In this document: in pieces, positions 32,263 through 42,112 of the stretch
Layout of the letters: each line of letters starts with the position of its first letter
Position numbering within the stretch: position 1 is the stretch's first letter
Source: Trueperaceae bacterium
GTDB taxonomy: Bacteria; Deinococcota; Deinococci; Deinococcales; Trueperaceae
Direction of reading: 5' to 3'
Assembly: GCA_965213925.1 (NCBI GenBank)
Contig: OZ243927.1
Location: forward strand, 3,808,001-3,872,000
DNA: 64,000 nt
Notes under the pieces: model-generated
The model's input: only the letters and a program-made list of their open reading frames with translations
What the model was told of the DNA's origin: nothing
Database searches by the model: none
Position numbers and translations under genes: made by a program

Positions 32263-32907
32263 ATGGCTAAAGGCTTTTTCATCGCCTTCGAAGGTCCAGA
32301 AGGGAGCGGCAAGTCTACGCAGATTCGGCGGCTAGCGGAGAAGTTAGAAGGGGTCGGGCGTAATTTCGTCGTAACCAAAGAGCCAGGGGGGACGCCTGCA
32401 GGGGATGCCATTCGCACCGTACTTCTCGACCCTGGCTTGAGAATTGACCCTTTACCCGAATTTTTGCTCTACTCCGCGAGCCGCGCGCAGCATGTGGAAG
32501 AGGTCATCAAACCTGCTTTAGACGCGGGCAAGCTCGTTATCAGTGACCGCTTCGCGGGGGCGTCGGTAGCGTATCAGGGGTACGGGCGGGGGCTCGAGCT
32601 TCCCTTCATCCGGGAGTTGACCTCTCGAGTTACCAATGGCATTCACCCTGACCTCACGCTCCTTTTGGATATGGAGCCGGAAAGAGGTTTGGAGCGCGTC
32701 GCAAAGAGGGGGCACAAGGATAGGCTCGAGCGAGCCGACCTCAGTTTCCACCGGGAGGTGCGTAGAGGGTTTTTAGGGCAAGCGAAAGAGGACGAAAGCT
32801 GGATCGTGCTGGACGCGGAGCAGAGCGAAGAGGTCGTGACCAAGATGATTTGGGACGCGCTCAATGAGCGATACATCGGGAAGAAGGGGACGTTCGGACA
32901 ACGCTAA
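32263..32907 (+). CDS. tmk: Thymidylate kinase
   Basis: FEGPEGSGKST, KEPGG, SRAQH and SDRF..SVAYQGYGR. Confidence 0.95.
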   Translation: MAKGFFIAFEGPEGSGKSTQIRRLAEKLEGVGRNFVVTKEPGGTPAGDAIRTVLLDPGLRIDPLPEFLLYSASRAQHVEEVIKPALDAGKLVISDRFAGASVAYQGYGRGLELPFIRELTSRVTNGIHPDLTLLLDMEPERGLERVAKRGHKDRLERADLSFHREVRRGFLGQAKEDESWIVLDAEQSEEVVTKMIWDALNERYIGKKGTFGQR

Positions 32908-32978
32908 AGATAGCGCCGCACCCGACCGAACAGGTGAACTCCAGGCTAGAAGAAGCACAGCTAAGGCTATGCTACAGC

Positions 32979-33016
32979 AGAAAAGCAGCTTCTCCCGCTA
33001 AGGAAGAAGCTGCTTG
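32979..33016 (-). terminator. Terminator after tRNA-Asp
   Basis: Minus strand AAGCAGCTTCT..AGAAGCTGCTTTTCT. Confidence 0.7.
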
Positions 33017-33019
33017 ATA

Positions 33020-33095
33020 TGGCGGAGCCGACGGGATTTGAACCCGCGACCTTCTGCGTGACAGGCAGATATGCTAACCGCTACACTACGGCTCC
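33020..33095 (-). tRNA. tRNA-Asp (GTC)
   Basis: GGAGCCGTAGTGTAGCGGTTAGCATATCTGCCTGTCACGCAGAAGGTCGCGGGTTCAAATCCCGTCGGCTCCGCCA. Promoter TTGACA-N18-TATACT at 33142-33113. Confidence 0.97.
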
Positions 33096-33286
33096 ACGCT
33101 CTGCAAGAGACAAGTATAAAGGCTGCGTTCGCGGCTTGTCAACATAGGGCGTCACCTCTATTCCGCCAAGGGCGCGACATTACAAGAGGTCGAAGAAAGG
33201 GCGAGGGCGCAGAAGAAGCGGATACAGCTTTGAGAAGGCGGCAGTTAAAGACGTTTGCATCCTCCTTTCCATATTGACCTTCCTCA

Positions 33287-33466
33287 CTACACCGTTAGAT
33301 AAAAAATGACTCATGTCATTCTGAGCGGAGCACAGCGGAGAGAAAGAATCTCGCCTTGCAATCTCGGCTAGCCGAGATTGCAAGGCGAGACCCTTCGACA
33401 ACCGGGCTTCGCCATACTTCGTGAACAGGGTGACAACAGTGTCACAAAACCTAGCTGACACTGTAC
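33287..33466. repeat. REPIN/MITE-like element, copy 4, with a perfect 42-bp central palindrome
   Basis: CTACACCGTTAGATAA..TGTCATTCTGAGCG; TCTCGCCTTGCAATCTCGGCT|AGCCGAGATTGCAAGGCGAGA (33349-33390); ..AGGGTGACA..CTGACACTGTAC. Confidence 0.85.
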
Positions 33467-33919
33467 CTACCGCTTCTGCCGAAAGTTCTGAATCTTCGCT
33501 GTAAGGATGAAGTCGCCGTCATAGAGGTAGAATTCTTGCAGCTCCAAACCTTCCACCTGCTGATTCATGAGCGCCTGGATGTCTAAGAGCACCCTCGGCT
33601 CGCGCTCGCCGCGCTGAATAAGGACGCCCTCGGGCAGCGGGATGCGCTCGGTGATGAGGTTGAGGAGGCGGTGTAGAGGAATTATAAAGACGTTCGTAGC
33701 GAGGTCGAAGGTGGCGACGCCCGCCGCGAAGCTGCGGAAGGTCAGCTCGAGCCTCACCTTAGGCGCAATCCGGTGCAGCGTCTGGGGCAAGGAGGTCTTG
33801 GGGTCGATAGTCACGTGAATGGTGTTGCCCCGCGCGATGATGCGCTCGATTTGTGGCGGCAGCGGCTTGCCGCTGGTGGCAAGGTCGATGGCTTCGGGAA
33901 AGGGTAAAACGAGTTGCAT
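33467..33919 (-). CDS. Hypothetical protein
   Basis: 150-aa ORF; GGAGAA RBS; typical codon usage. Confidence 0.7.
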   Translation of the reverse strand: MQLVLPFPEAIDLATSGKPLPPQIERIIARGNTIHVTIDPKTSLPQTLHRIAPKVRLELTFRSFAAGVATFDLATNVFIIPLHRLLNLITERIPLPEGVLIQRGEREPRVLLDIQALMNQQVEGLELQEFYLYDGDFILTAKIQNFRQKR

Positions 33920-34123
33920 CTAGCGTTCTCCGTTTTGAATCCTATAGCGGTGTAAGTTGGGAAGGCGTGCGGATTGTTTGAGCAGCTCCAGAGCGTGCCG
34001 AGACGGTTGAGCGCAGAGACTATCTCCGAGCGCGCATACTTATCAACGTTCTCCTCAGCGAGCGTGTCTTCAACCCGTTCCGACCGGCGGGAAACTTGAG
34101 ACACTTGCTATTTTAGCGTAAGT

Positions 34124-34966
34124 CTAACGCCACCGCCCTAATGCCCTAGCGACCCTCGAGTCGAGTCTGTCAAAGTCCTCTTCGGTCACGTCCACCAAAG
34201 ACTTTTCCAAGAGGTGCGCTAAGTAGCAGCGCGCGGCGCTCTCTAGGTGCGGCTTGTAGGTCGGGTCGGCGAGCACTTGCGGGAGGAGTTCTTGGAGCTT
34301 CTCTTTGAGGTAGCTCCTAGCGAGATAAACCGCCACCTGCCTTTCGTCGCCACTGAGCAGCGGCGTCGCGTGAGCGGGGTTGACGGCGAGTTGATGGCTC
34401 GAGCGTTGGACCAGTCGAGACTCGGCGTAGCGCTTGCAGACGGTGCAGAGCGCGCCGTCCTCTATCAAGGTGTCGCAGATGACGCAGGGCGTCCAGCCCT
34501 CAGCTAAGCGCCTTGAGCGGTACGCGAGCATCGCTTTGGCAGCCTGCATGGTGGGTCTGGAGAGGTCGTCGGGCAAATCTAACGCGCCGAGTTGCCGCGC
34601 GAGCGTGGCGAGGGCTTTGGGGTCGACGGGCGCTTCGGCGGGCTTCTCTTCGGGTGCGTCTGGCGCGGCGGGTCGCCCCACCCGAAAGCGCACCTCTTTC
34701 ACGTCCTTCACGCCGAACTTCGCCCGGTACACGTTCAGAAACTTCTGCCGCTGAAAGCTCAGGTGCATCGCCGTCTCCGAGTCCGGCACCTCCACGAAGA
34801 GCGTGCCGTCCTGGACGCTCCGCGCAGTGGTGAACCTCGCGACGTTCGCGCCGACCACCTGCGGCCATAAGAGCACCGCCTCGGCGCGTCTGACGCCGCG
34901 CCGCATCCCGCCGCGCTTAAAGACTTCGGCGAGGACGTCAGCGACGTTGCTCGGCTTATTCGCCAT
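34124..34966 (-). CDS. DUF721 (DciA-like) protein with a C-terminal CxxC..CxxC extension
   Basis: LLWPQVVG..GTLFVEV..AMHLSFQR; CVIC..CTVC; coupled to recF. Confidence 0.8.
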   Translation of the reverse strand: MANKPSNVADVLAEVFKRGGMRRGVRRAEAVLLWPQVVGANVARFTTARSVQDGTLFVEVPDSETAMHLSFQRQKFLNVYRAKFGVKDVKEVRFRVGRPAAPDAPEEKPAEAPVDPKALATLARQLGALDLPDDLSRPTMQAAKAMLAYRSRRLAEGWTPCVICDTLIEDGALCTVCKRYAESRLVQRSSHQLAVNPAHATPLLSGDERQVAVYLARSYLKEKLQELLPQVLADPTYKPHLESAARCYLAHLLEKSLVDVTEEDFDRLDSRVARALGRWR

Positions 34967-36008
34967 GATCTAACCCCACACTGACCTGACCCCCTGATAC
35001 GAAAAAATGCTTCACCGCGTGCGGCGGCGCTTCGGTGCCGCTCACCAAGGCTTGCGGCGTATCTGCGGCGAGCGAGAGCAAGAACTCGCGGCGTCCCGCG
35101 TCGAGTTCGGCGGTGAAGTCGTCGAGGAGCAAGACGGGCGCTTCGCGGTGCTTCTCATTCAAAAGTCTGTACTCGGCGACGCGCAGGGCGAGGGCGGCGG
35201 TGCGGGCTTCGCCCCTCGAGCCGTACGTCTGCACGCTGTAACCGCCGAGCGTCAACACGAGGTCGTCGCGGTGTGGTCCGACTACGGTGACGCCGCGGGC
35301 GCGTTCTTCGTCTTCGCTCGCAAGGAGCGCTGTTTCTAAGTCCGGTCCGTCCGCGCTCGCCAAGTTCACACCGAGTTCTTTGTCCTGCCCCGAAATCTCC
35401 GCGTAGCTCGCCCTTGCAATCTCCCGGATGCGCCCGACCGCCCGCTCCCTCAGCGCCATGATTTCACCCCCAAGCTCGACAAAGCGCTCCGTCCACACGC
35501 TCAGGCTCGGGTCGAATCGTTTAAGGCTCGCGTTGCGCTGTTCCACCACCCGATTATACTCGCGGCTGAGGAGCGCGTAGCGGTACGAGAGGCGGCTCAA
35601 GAGCGAGTCGAGGTAGTGCCGCCTCGAGGCGGGCGAGCCGTGGACCATGTCGGCGTCCTCGGGCGTGATGAGCACCGCCGCCGCGACTTTGGCGAGGTCG
35701 AAGGTGCGCACGTTCTGCCCGTCCAAGCGGATGACTTTTCGCCCCGGCGCGAGCCCGACTTGCGTGGTGCTGACCCCGTCCTCGCGCTCAATCTGCGCGC
35801 TCACGAAGCCCTCCTCTTCGCCGATGCGCACCGTCTCGGCGATTTTGCCGCCCGGCAGTTCGCCCGTGCAGCCCAGATACGCCGCCTCTAACACGTTCGA
35901 CTTGCCCGCCGCGTTGCGCCCGACGACGGCGTTGATGCCTGGTGAGAACTCGAGCCTCGGCGTGAGCAGATTGCGGTAGTTGAGTTGCGACAGCGACAGC
36001 AAGAGCAC
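34956..36008 (-). CDS. recF: DNA replication/repair protein RecF
   Basis: NYRNL, GRNAAGKSN, GPHRDDL, YGSRGE and LLLDD..ELD. Confidence 0.95.
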   Translation of the reverse strand: MLLLSLSQLNYRNLLTPRLEFSPGINAVVGRNAAGKSNVLEAAYLGCTGELPGGKIAETVRIGEEEGFVSAQIEREDGVSTTQVGLAPGRKVIRLDGQNVRTFDLAKVAAAVLITPEDADMVHGSPASRRHYLDSLLSRLSYRYALLSREYNRVVEQRNASLKRFDPSLSVWTERFVELGGEIMALRERAVGRIREIARASYAEISGQDKELGVNLASADGPDLETALLASEDEERARGVTVVGPHRDDLVLTLGGYSVQTYGSRGEARTAALALRVAEYRLLNEKHREAPVLLLDDFTAELDAGRREFLLSLAADTPQALVSGTEAPPHAVKHFFVSGGQVSVGLDHGE

Positions 36009-36334
36009 GGCGTAGTTTAACCGAGAAGAGGAAGTAAAGCGTAGGAGTATTTAGGCGTTACCTATCTTGATTCTTACTTCGGTAGTGGATCAAGGTCGAA
36101 TGACGCGCCTCATGAACGGAATTCAACTCCCACTAGCAAACAAACCTTGTTCATAGTCAGTGAGCATTTTAGAGAAAGCCGCTACCCTTACTTCTTTAGT
36201 CTTGCTCTTTGCTTCCCTATTCTTTGTTCAGTTAGGATAAACAGCTTTTAACCCCTTCTAACCCATTCGAAAAATGACGCGGCGTGCGTGAGAAGGCTCA
36301 AATCGTATAAGGCTCGTTTCCAAAGGGGTGTCCT

Positions 36335-36658
36335 ATGCGCAAGCTCATCGTTCCTGCGATGGCGCGTTTGCTGCGCAAGTTCGGTTGGGAAGGGCAGCGC
36401 GTCTACCGTCACCCCGACGGCGAAGTGTGGCGCGAGTCTGCCCTCGACGCGGAGGTGAACGTGCCTGACTTCAACGACCCGCGTTTACCTGTGGGTACTC
36501 AGTTCTTCGGAGAGCTTTACCTCTTGGACGAGGACTCGAGGGCGTTGCAGCGGGAGCTTCGCGACGTTTGGGCACGCTACGCGGACAAGGTCGAGCGAGA
36601 TAGTCCGGTCCACAAAAAGTACGCTTTAGAGGTCGCGTTTTTGAAGCTCGAGCCTTGA
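36335..36658 (+). CDS. Hypothetical protein (possibly the C-terminal part of a truncated regulator)
   Basis: 107-aa ORF with GC-rich codon usage, preceded by AT-rich non-coding DNA. Confidence 0.5.
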   Translation: MRKLIVPAMARLLRKFGWEGQRVYRHPDGEVWRESALDAEVNVPDFNDPRLPVGTQFFGELYLLDEDSRALQRELRDVWARYADKVERDSPVHKKYALEVAFLKLEP

Positions 36659-36704
36659 ACCAAGCGCTGCACAAGTTTGGATAGAGCCGCGCCTTCCCAC
36701 CACG

Positions 36705-36956
36705 CTACGGACGTGGATTGCGCCCCTCTCGCCAGCCCCCGTCCGCGCCACCCGCCCAGTAGTGCACGCCGCCCGGACGTGTCTGCAACACCTCGACCAC
36801 CGTTTCTAGCGGGATGCGGTAGGCGAAGCGGGTTTTGAGGTACCACAGCTCGAGCGCCCCTTTTAACCTTTCTCTGCTCTGATTCAAGACGCCTAAACGT
36901 TCCGCGTAGACGAGCGAGCGGTTGATGGCGAGGTCGAAAAGCGCGTCTCTGGGCAC
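36705..36956 (-). CDS. Small hypothetical protein downstream of tyrA
   Basis: GTG lies 1 nt after the tyrA stop, with GAGGA RBS; MPRDALFDLAINR..WYLKTRFAYRIPL. Confidence 0.7.
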   Translation of the reverse strand: MPRDALFDLAINRSLVYAERLGVLNQSRERLKGALELWYLKTRFAYRIPLETVVEVLQTRPGGVHYWAGGADGGWREGRNPRP

Positions 36957-36957
36957 G

Positions 36958-38046
36958 TCATCCTCGCCCCCTCGCCTCGTAACCCGCCGCTGTGAGCGCG
37001 CGCGTCCCCTCCCTGAGTTGCGCCTCGTCCTCGAAGGCGAGCCGCACCGCGCCGCCCGCTTCGCGGATGCCCAGCACTTCGATGTCCTTGATGTTGACAC
37101 CCGCCTCGCCCAGCGCCCTCGTGATCTTGGCAAGCTCCCCGGCGCGGTCAGGCACGGCGATGACGACCTCGAAGCGGGCGGGCAAGAGACCGCGCTTGAC
37201 GATGGGGAAGCTGTCGCGGGTGTGCTTGGCGGCTTCAGCTTGGTCTAACATATCGTTGGGCTCGTCTAAAAGGGTTTCCAAGCGCCCCAACTGAGCCCGG
37301 AACCGCTCTAAGGTGCGGCGGAGCGCCGCTTTGTTGCCTACGACCATGTCGCGGCTCATGCGCGGGCTACCCGACGCCACGCGGGTCAGGTCGCGAAAAC
37401 CGCCCGCGGCGAGGAGCATCATGAGGTCGCGGTCGTCGTCCTCGGCGATGAGTTGGGTTAGAGCGACGGCGGCGAGGTAAGGAACGTGGCTCACGGCGGC
37501 GACCAAGCGGTCGTGTTGGGCGGGGTCGGTTTGAATCGGCTTCGCGCCTAAGTGGGTGACGAAGGTTTGGACGCGCCCGAGCGCCTCAGCGTCCGTCGTT
37601 TCGTCCGGCGTCAAGACCCACACCGCGTTTTCCAAAAGCGCCGCGTCCGCGTTCTGCACGCCAATGCGCTCGCTCCCCGCCATCGGATGCCCGCCGACGA
37701 AGCGCAGGTCTCTGAGCGCCGCGCAGATGTCCGCCTTGACGCTGCCGACGTCAGAGAGGATAGTTTGAGGGCTTAAAAACGGCTCGAGCCCTCTGGCGAG
37801 CGGCACAATCGTTTTGGCGGGCGACGCGAGGATGACGAGGTCGACTTCTCGTAACCAAGCGCCGGGGCGAAGCTGCGCCTCGTCGATCACCCCTAAACCG
37901 ACCGCAGCTTCTAACGCCGCCGGGTCTCGGTCTAACCCGATCACCTTGTTCGCCAAAAACCGCTGACGAATCCCCAGGCCTACCGAACCACCGATAAGCC
38001 CGACGCCAGCGATGGCAACGGTGTTGAAGAGGGACTTGGGACGCAT
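36958..38046 (-). CDS. tyrA: Prephenate/arogenate dehydrogenase with C-terminal ACT domain
   Basis: GVGLIGGS, DVGSVK, GHPMAGSE, HD..SHVP and GGFRDLTRVA; ACT motif VPDRAGEL. Confidence 0.93.
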   Translation of the reverse strand: MRPKSLFNTVAIAGVGLIGGSVGLGIRQRFLANKVIGLDRDPAALEAAVGLGVIDEAQLRPGAWLREVDLVILASPAKTIVPLARGLEPFLSPQTILSDVGSVKADICAALRDLRFVGGHPMAGSERIGVQNADAALLENAVWVLTPDETTDAEALGRVQTFVTHLGAKPIQTDPAQHDRLVAAVSHVPYLAAVALTQLIAEDDDRDLMMLLAAGGFRDLTRVASGSPRMSRDMVVGNKAALRRTLERFRAQLGRLETLLDEPNDMLDQAEAAKHTRDSFPIVKRGLLPARFEVVIAVPDRAGELAKITRALGEAGVNIKDIEVLGIREAGGAVRLAFEDEAQLREGTRALTAAGYEARGRG

Positions 38047-38059
38047 AAAAGAAGGTTAA

Positions 38060-38147
38060 AGGACTGAGGACTGAGGTGAAAGAGAGCTTTCTCTTAGCCC
38101 CTCCGCTTTGCGGAAACTCACGTAACAGTCCTTTTCTCTCAGTCCTT
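38060..38147. repeat. AGGACTG-heptamer inverted repeat element, copy 1
   Basis: AGGACTGAGGACTGAG..CAGTCCT..CTCAGTCCT; second copy at 49238-49285. Confidence 0.7.
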
Positions 38148-39179
38148 CTAAAGCTCCTTCCCTACCGCCGCCACGACCCCGCGAAGCTGACCCATCAACC
38201 CCGCAAACTCCGCGCCATTAAGCTGCTGCGCCGCGTCGGACTTGGCGTTTTCGGGCTCGGGGTGGACTTCGACGATGAGACCGTCCGCGCCCGCCGCAGC
38301 GCCCGCAAGCGCCAAAGAGGTCACGAGGCTGCGCCGCCCCGCCGCGTGGCTCGGGTCGACCCAGACGGGCAGGTGCGTCAGCTCTTTGAGGACGGGCACG
38401 GCGGACACGTCCAGGGTAAAGCGCGTGGAGGTCTCGAAGGTGCGGATGCCGCGCTCGCACAAGACCACGTTGGGGTTGCCCTGCGAGAGGATGTATTCGG
38501 CGGCTTGCAGAAACTCGCTGATGCTCGTCGAGATGCCACGCTTAAAGAGCACGGGCTTGCCCGACTTGCCGACCTCGGCTAAAAGCGCGAAGTTCTGCGA
38601 GTTGCGCGCGCCGAGCTGAAACATGTCGGCGGTTTCCCCGACGACCTCGACCAGCTCGGGCGCGGTGACTTCCGTGACGATGGGCATCCCGGTCTCTTGA
38701 CGCGCTTGCGCCAAAATCTCCAAACCCGCTTTGCCCAGCCCTTGGAAGGAGTAGGGGCTCGTCCTCGGTTTGAACGCGCCGCCGCGCAGGACGCGCGCGC
38801 CGTGCTCCTTGGCGATGTGCGCCGCGCTCACCGTTTGCTCGACGTTTTCGACGCCGCACGGTCCCGCCGCGACGGTGAAGCGTCCGTTGCCCGTCGCCAC
38901 GCCACCTTTCGCTGCCTCGCCGATCATCACCTCGGAGTCGTCGTGGCGAAATTCGCGGCTGGCGAGCTTGAAGGGTTTAGTGATGGCTAAAACATTGTCG
39001 ACGTGGTTGAACCCGCGCAGATGCTCGCGAATATCCGTGGTCGGGGCAGGACCGATCGCGCCAATCAGCGTGCGCGACTCGCCCTGGCTGATGTGCGGGG
39101 TAAAGCCCAAGCTGCTGACCTCTTCTAAGATTCGCTCGATCGCCGTTTGCGGGGCGTTTTTCTCCATGACAATAACCAT
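38148..39179 (-). CDS. aroF: DAHP synthase, type I-beta with N-terminal regulatory domain
   Basis: AGPCGVE, RGGAFKPRTSPYSFQG, GARNSQNF, CERGIRTF and VDPSHA. Confidence 0.93.
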   Translation of the reverse strand: MVIVMEKNAPQTAIERILEEVSSLGFTPHISQGESRTLIGAIGPAPTTDIREHLRGFNHVDNVLAITKPFKLASREFRHDDSEVMIGEAAKGGVATGNGRFTVAAGPCGVENVEQTVSAAHIAKEHGARVLRGGAFKPRTSPYSFQGLGKAGLEILAQARQETGMPIVTEVTAPELVEVVGETADMFQLGARNSQNFALLAEVGKSGKPVLFKRGISTSISEFLQAAEYILSQGNPNVVLCERGIRTFETSTRFTLDVSAVPVLKELTHLPVWVDPSHAAGRRSLVTSLALAGAAAGADGLIVEVHPEPENAKSDAAQQLNGAEFAGLMGQLRGVVAAVGKEL

Positions 39180-39291
39180 GCTGAACTCCTGTACTCGTCG
39201 TAGGTGAGTAGCCCGCGCGAGGCTCGAGGTCCTTCACGAACCTTCCTTGCGCCGACCTACTCAATGTTGATGGATAGCTGCAGGAGACCTC

Positions 39292-39360
39292 TTAAAGATA
39301 ATCCGCCGAGAGGTCATCCGCGCATTGCCGAAAGCTCATATAACCATAGCCATCGTCCAC
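39292..39360 (-). CDS. Candidate attenuation leader peptide (MDDGYGYMSFRQCADDLSADYL)
   Basis: AAGGGAGG RBS 7 nt before GTG; 3 Tyr and 1 Phe codons; promoter TTGACA(39420)-N16-TAGAGT upstream. Confidence 0.55.
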   Translation of the reverse strand: MDDGYGYMSFRQCADDLSADYL

Positions 39361-39629
39361 AGAACCACCTCCCTTGTGCGTAAGCATGAGAAACTCTATC
39401 AGATTTTCGGCGTGTGTCAAGCTGGTAAAGATGAACGCTGCGCGCGGTCTCAGCAAAGGGTTAAAAAACTATCATGAGCCGTGCGTAAACTTTGGGGTGG
39501 ATGGTCTTCTTTTGGTCTACATTTTTTGGTGTATGTCGGCGTAGCTGCGTCACATCTAAGGCGTAGCCATGTCAGACGCCTTTCGTACCCGCTAGGATGA
39601 CCACAAACCTCACGATGACGGGAGACACA

Positions 39630-40895
39630 ATGAGGTCATACATAACGAACCGGAGCGCCGCGGCGCTCCTTCTCTGCTTGGGGCTCACCGCGCTACTCAG
39701 CGCGTGCTCGGACGTAACGGACGAGGGCACGAAACCGAACGACGCTTCCTTGACCGGGCAGACGGTGGACGAGAGGTTGCTCGAGCTTAACCGCGACACT
39801 GAAGGCTTCGGCGGCTTGTTCTATGGTGAGGACGGCACGCTCAACGTTTATATGAAGCGCGGCGAAATCAGGGCGCTGTCGCGAGAGACGCTGCGGACCA
39901 CCTTCGCGGACTATTTGGCGCGTCCCATACGCGGCACGCTGAGCGTGCAAAAGAAGCGTGAGATAAACGTTTTAGAAGGGGATTACAGCTTTAGAGAGTT
40001 GCTCGAGTGGCGCTCGGAGGTTGACGCGCTGGGGCTCGAAGGTGTCGTTCTCACGGACGCGGACGAGCGCCTCAACCGCGTGCGCGTCGGCGTGACGGGC
40101 GCAGCAGTGAAGGCTGCGCTCGAAGCGCGATTAGGCGCGCTCGGCATCCCTAAAAAAGCGCTCGTGATCGAGAAAGTCGCACCGTTTAAGACGGCGGCGA
40201 GCTTGCGCGGCGACGTTCGTCCGCTCGTGGGCGGCGTCGAGATAGGCTTCAGCGACTTCGTCTGCACGCTCGGGTTCAACGCCTCGCGCCGCGGCGAGCG
40301 CGGCTTCGTCACCAACTCGCACTGCACGGACGAGCAAGGGGGGGTCGAAGGGACGCGCTACACGCAAGGGAGCGGCAGGGTCGGCACGGAACGCGCTGAC
40401 CCTAAGTACGGTGACATCAAGAACTGCCCACCGGGGCGCGACTGCCGCCTGAGCGACAGCGCCTTCGTAAAGGTGAGCGGGGCGAAACGCACGGTCGGCG
40501 GCGTCGCGCGCACGTCCAGTCAGAACGACTTTTCAAACCCCGACCTGAGGATAGCCGGGCAGCTCGAGATCGCGGGCGAAGAAGCGACCTCGTTTAGCGG
40601 CGAAGAACTCGACAAGATAGGACGCTCGACGGGCTGGACCTACGGCGACGTCGAAGAGACCTGCGTCACCGTCGACGTGTATGACGAAAACGGCGACACC
40701 GGGCTCACGCTGCTCTGCCAAAACATCATCGAGTCGGGTATTAAAAGCGGCGACAGCGGCGCGCCTGTGTTTCGTTTTGCAGGCGGGGGCAAGGTCTACT
40801 TGCGCGGTATCCTTTGGGGCGGTGACGGCGCGGCGTTCGTCTTTAGCCCCATCGACCAGGTTCGCAAGGAGCTGAGGGTCTCTGATACGTATTGA
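39630..40895 (+). CDS. Lipoprotein chymotrypsin-clan (S1) serine protease with pro-domain
   Basis: Lipobox LSA-C; CTLGF, VTNSHC (His), SDSAF (Asp), KIGRSTGWT and GDSG (Ser). Confidence 0.85.
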   Translation: MRSYITNRSAAALLLCLGLTALLSACSDVTDEGTKPNDASLTGQTVDERLLELNRDTEGFGGLFYGEDGTLNVYMKRGEIRALSRETLRTTFADYLARPIRGTLSVQKKREINVLEGDYSFRELLEWRSEVDALGLEGVVLTDADERLNRVRVGVTGAAVKAALEARLGALGIPKKALVIEKVAPFKTAASLRGDVRPLVGGVEIGFSDFVCTLGFNASRRGERGFVTNSHCTDEQGGVEGTRYTQGSGRVGTERADPKYGDIKNCPPGRDCRLSDSAFVKVSGAKRTVGGVARTSSQNDFSNPDLRIAGQLEIAGEEATSFSGEELDKIGRSTGWTYGDVEETCVTVDVYDENGDTGLTLLCQNIIESGIKSGDSGAPVFRFAGGGKVYLRGILWGGDGAAFVFSPIDQVRKELRVSDTY

Positions 40896-40980
40896 TACGA
40901 GGTTGCACGGCTTAGTTTTGCAAACTAAGCCGTGCCCGTCCGTGACGGCAAGTTAAAACGTCCTCCGTAGGGATAAGTAA

Positions 40981-42109
40981 TACCAACCTGAAAGAATCAT
41001 GTCACATTCAATAGCTCACCGAGTTGCGAGATACCGAAGTGCCACCAAGGGAAGTTGGTGAGGAGTTCTAAACGTTCCTTGTCAGTAGTGAATTGCATGA
41101 GCACCTGCGTCAGTGCCTCGTGCAAAGTGTCAATGGTATCGAAACATCGGTTGGCGAGTAGGCGGCGGAATTCTAAGAACCAGCGCTCGACGGGATTGAG
41201 TTCGGGGCTAAAAGGAGGTAGAGCTACTGGGATGATGTTGTCAGGCACATCGAGGTCATGTTTAATGTGCGCAGGAGCGTTGTCCCTTAGTAAGAGGATC
41301 AAGTCATCGGGGTAGGTTTGGCTGAGTTCGCCCAAGAAGACTTCGTAACAGTCGCCATCAAGTCTTGGGAGATAAAGACTGCAACTTTCGCCGGTCATAG
41401 GCTCAACAGCGGTGTAAAACCAGCTCCATTCGTACTTGCGCTGCACAGTGCAAGGGGGTCTCACCCCACGAGGACAGTAGCGACGTTTGTGCCAGTTGAT
41501 CAATCCGAAGCGGGCCTCGTCCATTGCAAAAACCCTGACGTGGGCGTACGCCTCCTTATGCTTGGGAAGGTGCGCGTTTAGCCGCTCAGCGAAGTTTTTT
41601 TGAACTCGTTTTGAACTAAAGTATCCGCCTTCTCGTGGCGGGGTCTGCCTACTTTGGCTTTGATCTGGTGACGCTTGAAGAGTTTGAGCAGACTGCTATC
41701 GTCGCAGTACACGACACCGTGCTCAGCCACTAGCTCACGCGCTTGCGGATAGGTCGCTATATCTCCTTGGCGCAAAGCTTCATCAAGCGCTTGCCACGCC
41801 TTAGCCGTCATCCGTTCAGGCGCACCTGTTGACTGACCGGGTTTCTCCAGCAGTGCGTCTAGCCCTGAGTCGTAGTAGCGCCGCAGCCACCTTTGGCAGT
41901 GGCGGCGGCTGTAGTGGACCTTCTGCGCCGCTCGCTCAACGCTCGTGACTTCTTCTGTTTTGAGGATGCGCAGCAGTCTCAAGCGGGTCCCAATCACGCT
42001 GTTGCGGTGCTTCGCCTCCAGCGCCTTTAGCTCAGCTTCGCTCTCTTTGATTAGTGTCTCGTAATCCCGTCGCATCTCGCTATTGTGTCACAGTTTATTC
42101 AGGTTGGTA
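40981..42109 (-). mobile_element. IS630-family insertion sequence
   Basis: TIRs TACCAACCTGAAAGAATCATGTCACA / TACCAACCTGAATAAACTGTGACACA, with TA at both ends. Confidence 0.9.
40997..42075 (-). CDS. IS630 transposase, OrfA (HTH) plus OrfB (DDE) joined by a probable programmed -1 frameshift
   Basis: A7 slippery run at 41595-41601 (FKK); the -1 frame is open into MDEARF, DNAPAH and SPELNPVE. Confidence 0.88.
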
Positions 42110-42112
42110 TAA

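Noticed and set aside
33020..33466. tRNA-anchored genomic island or prophage
   Set aside because: No integrase, no duplicated tRNA 3' end, and the flanking genes are housekeeping.
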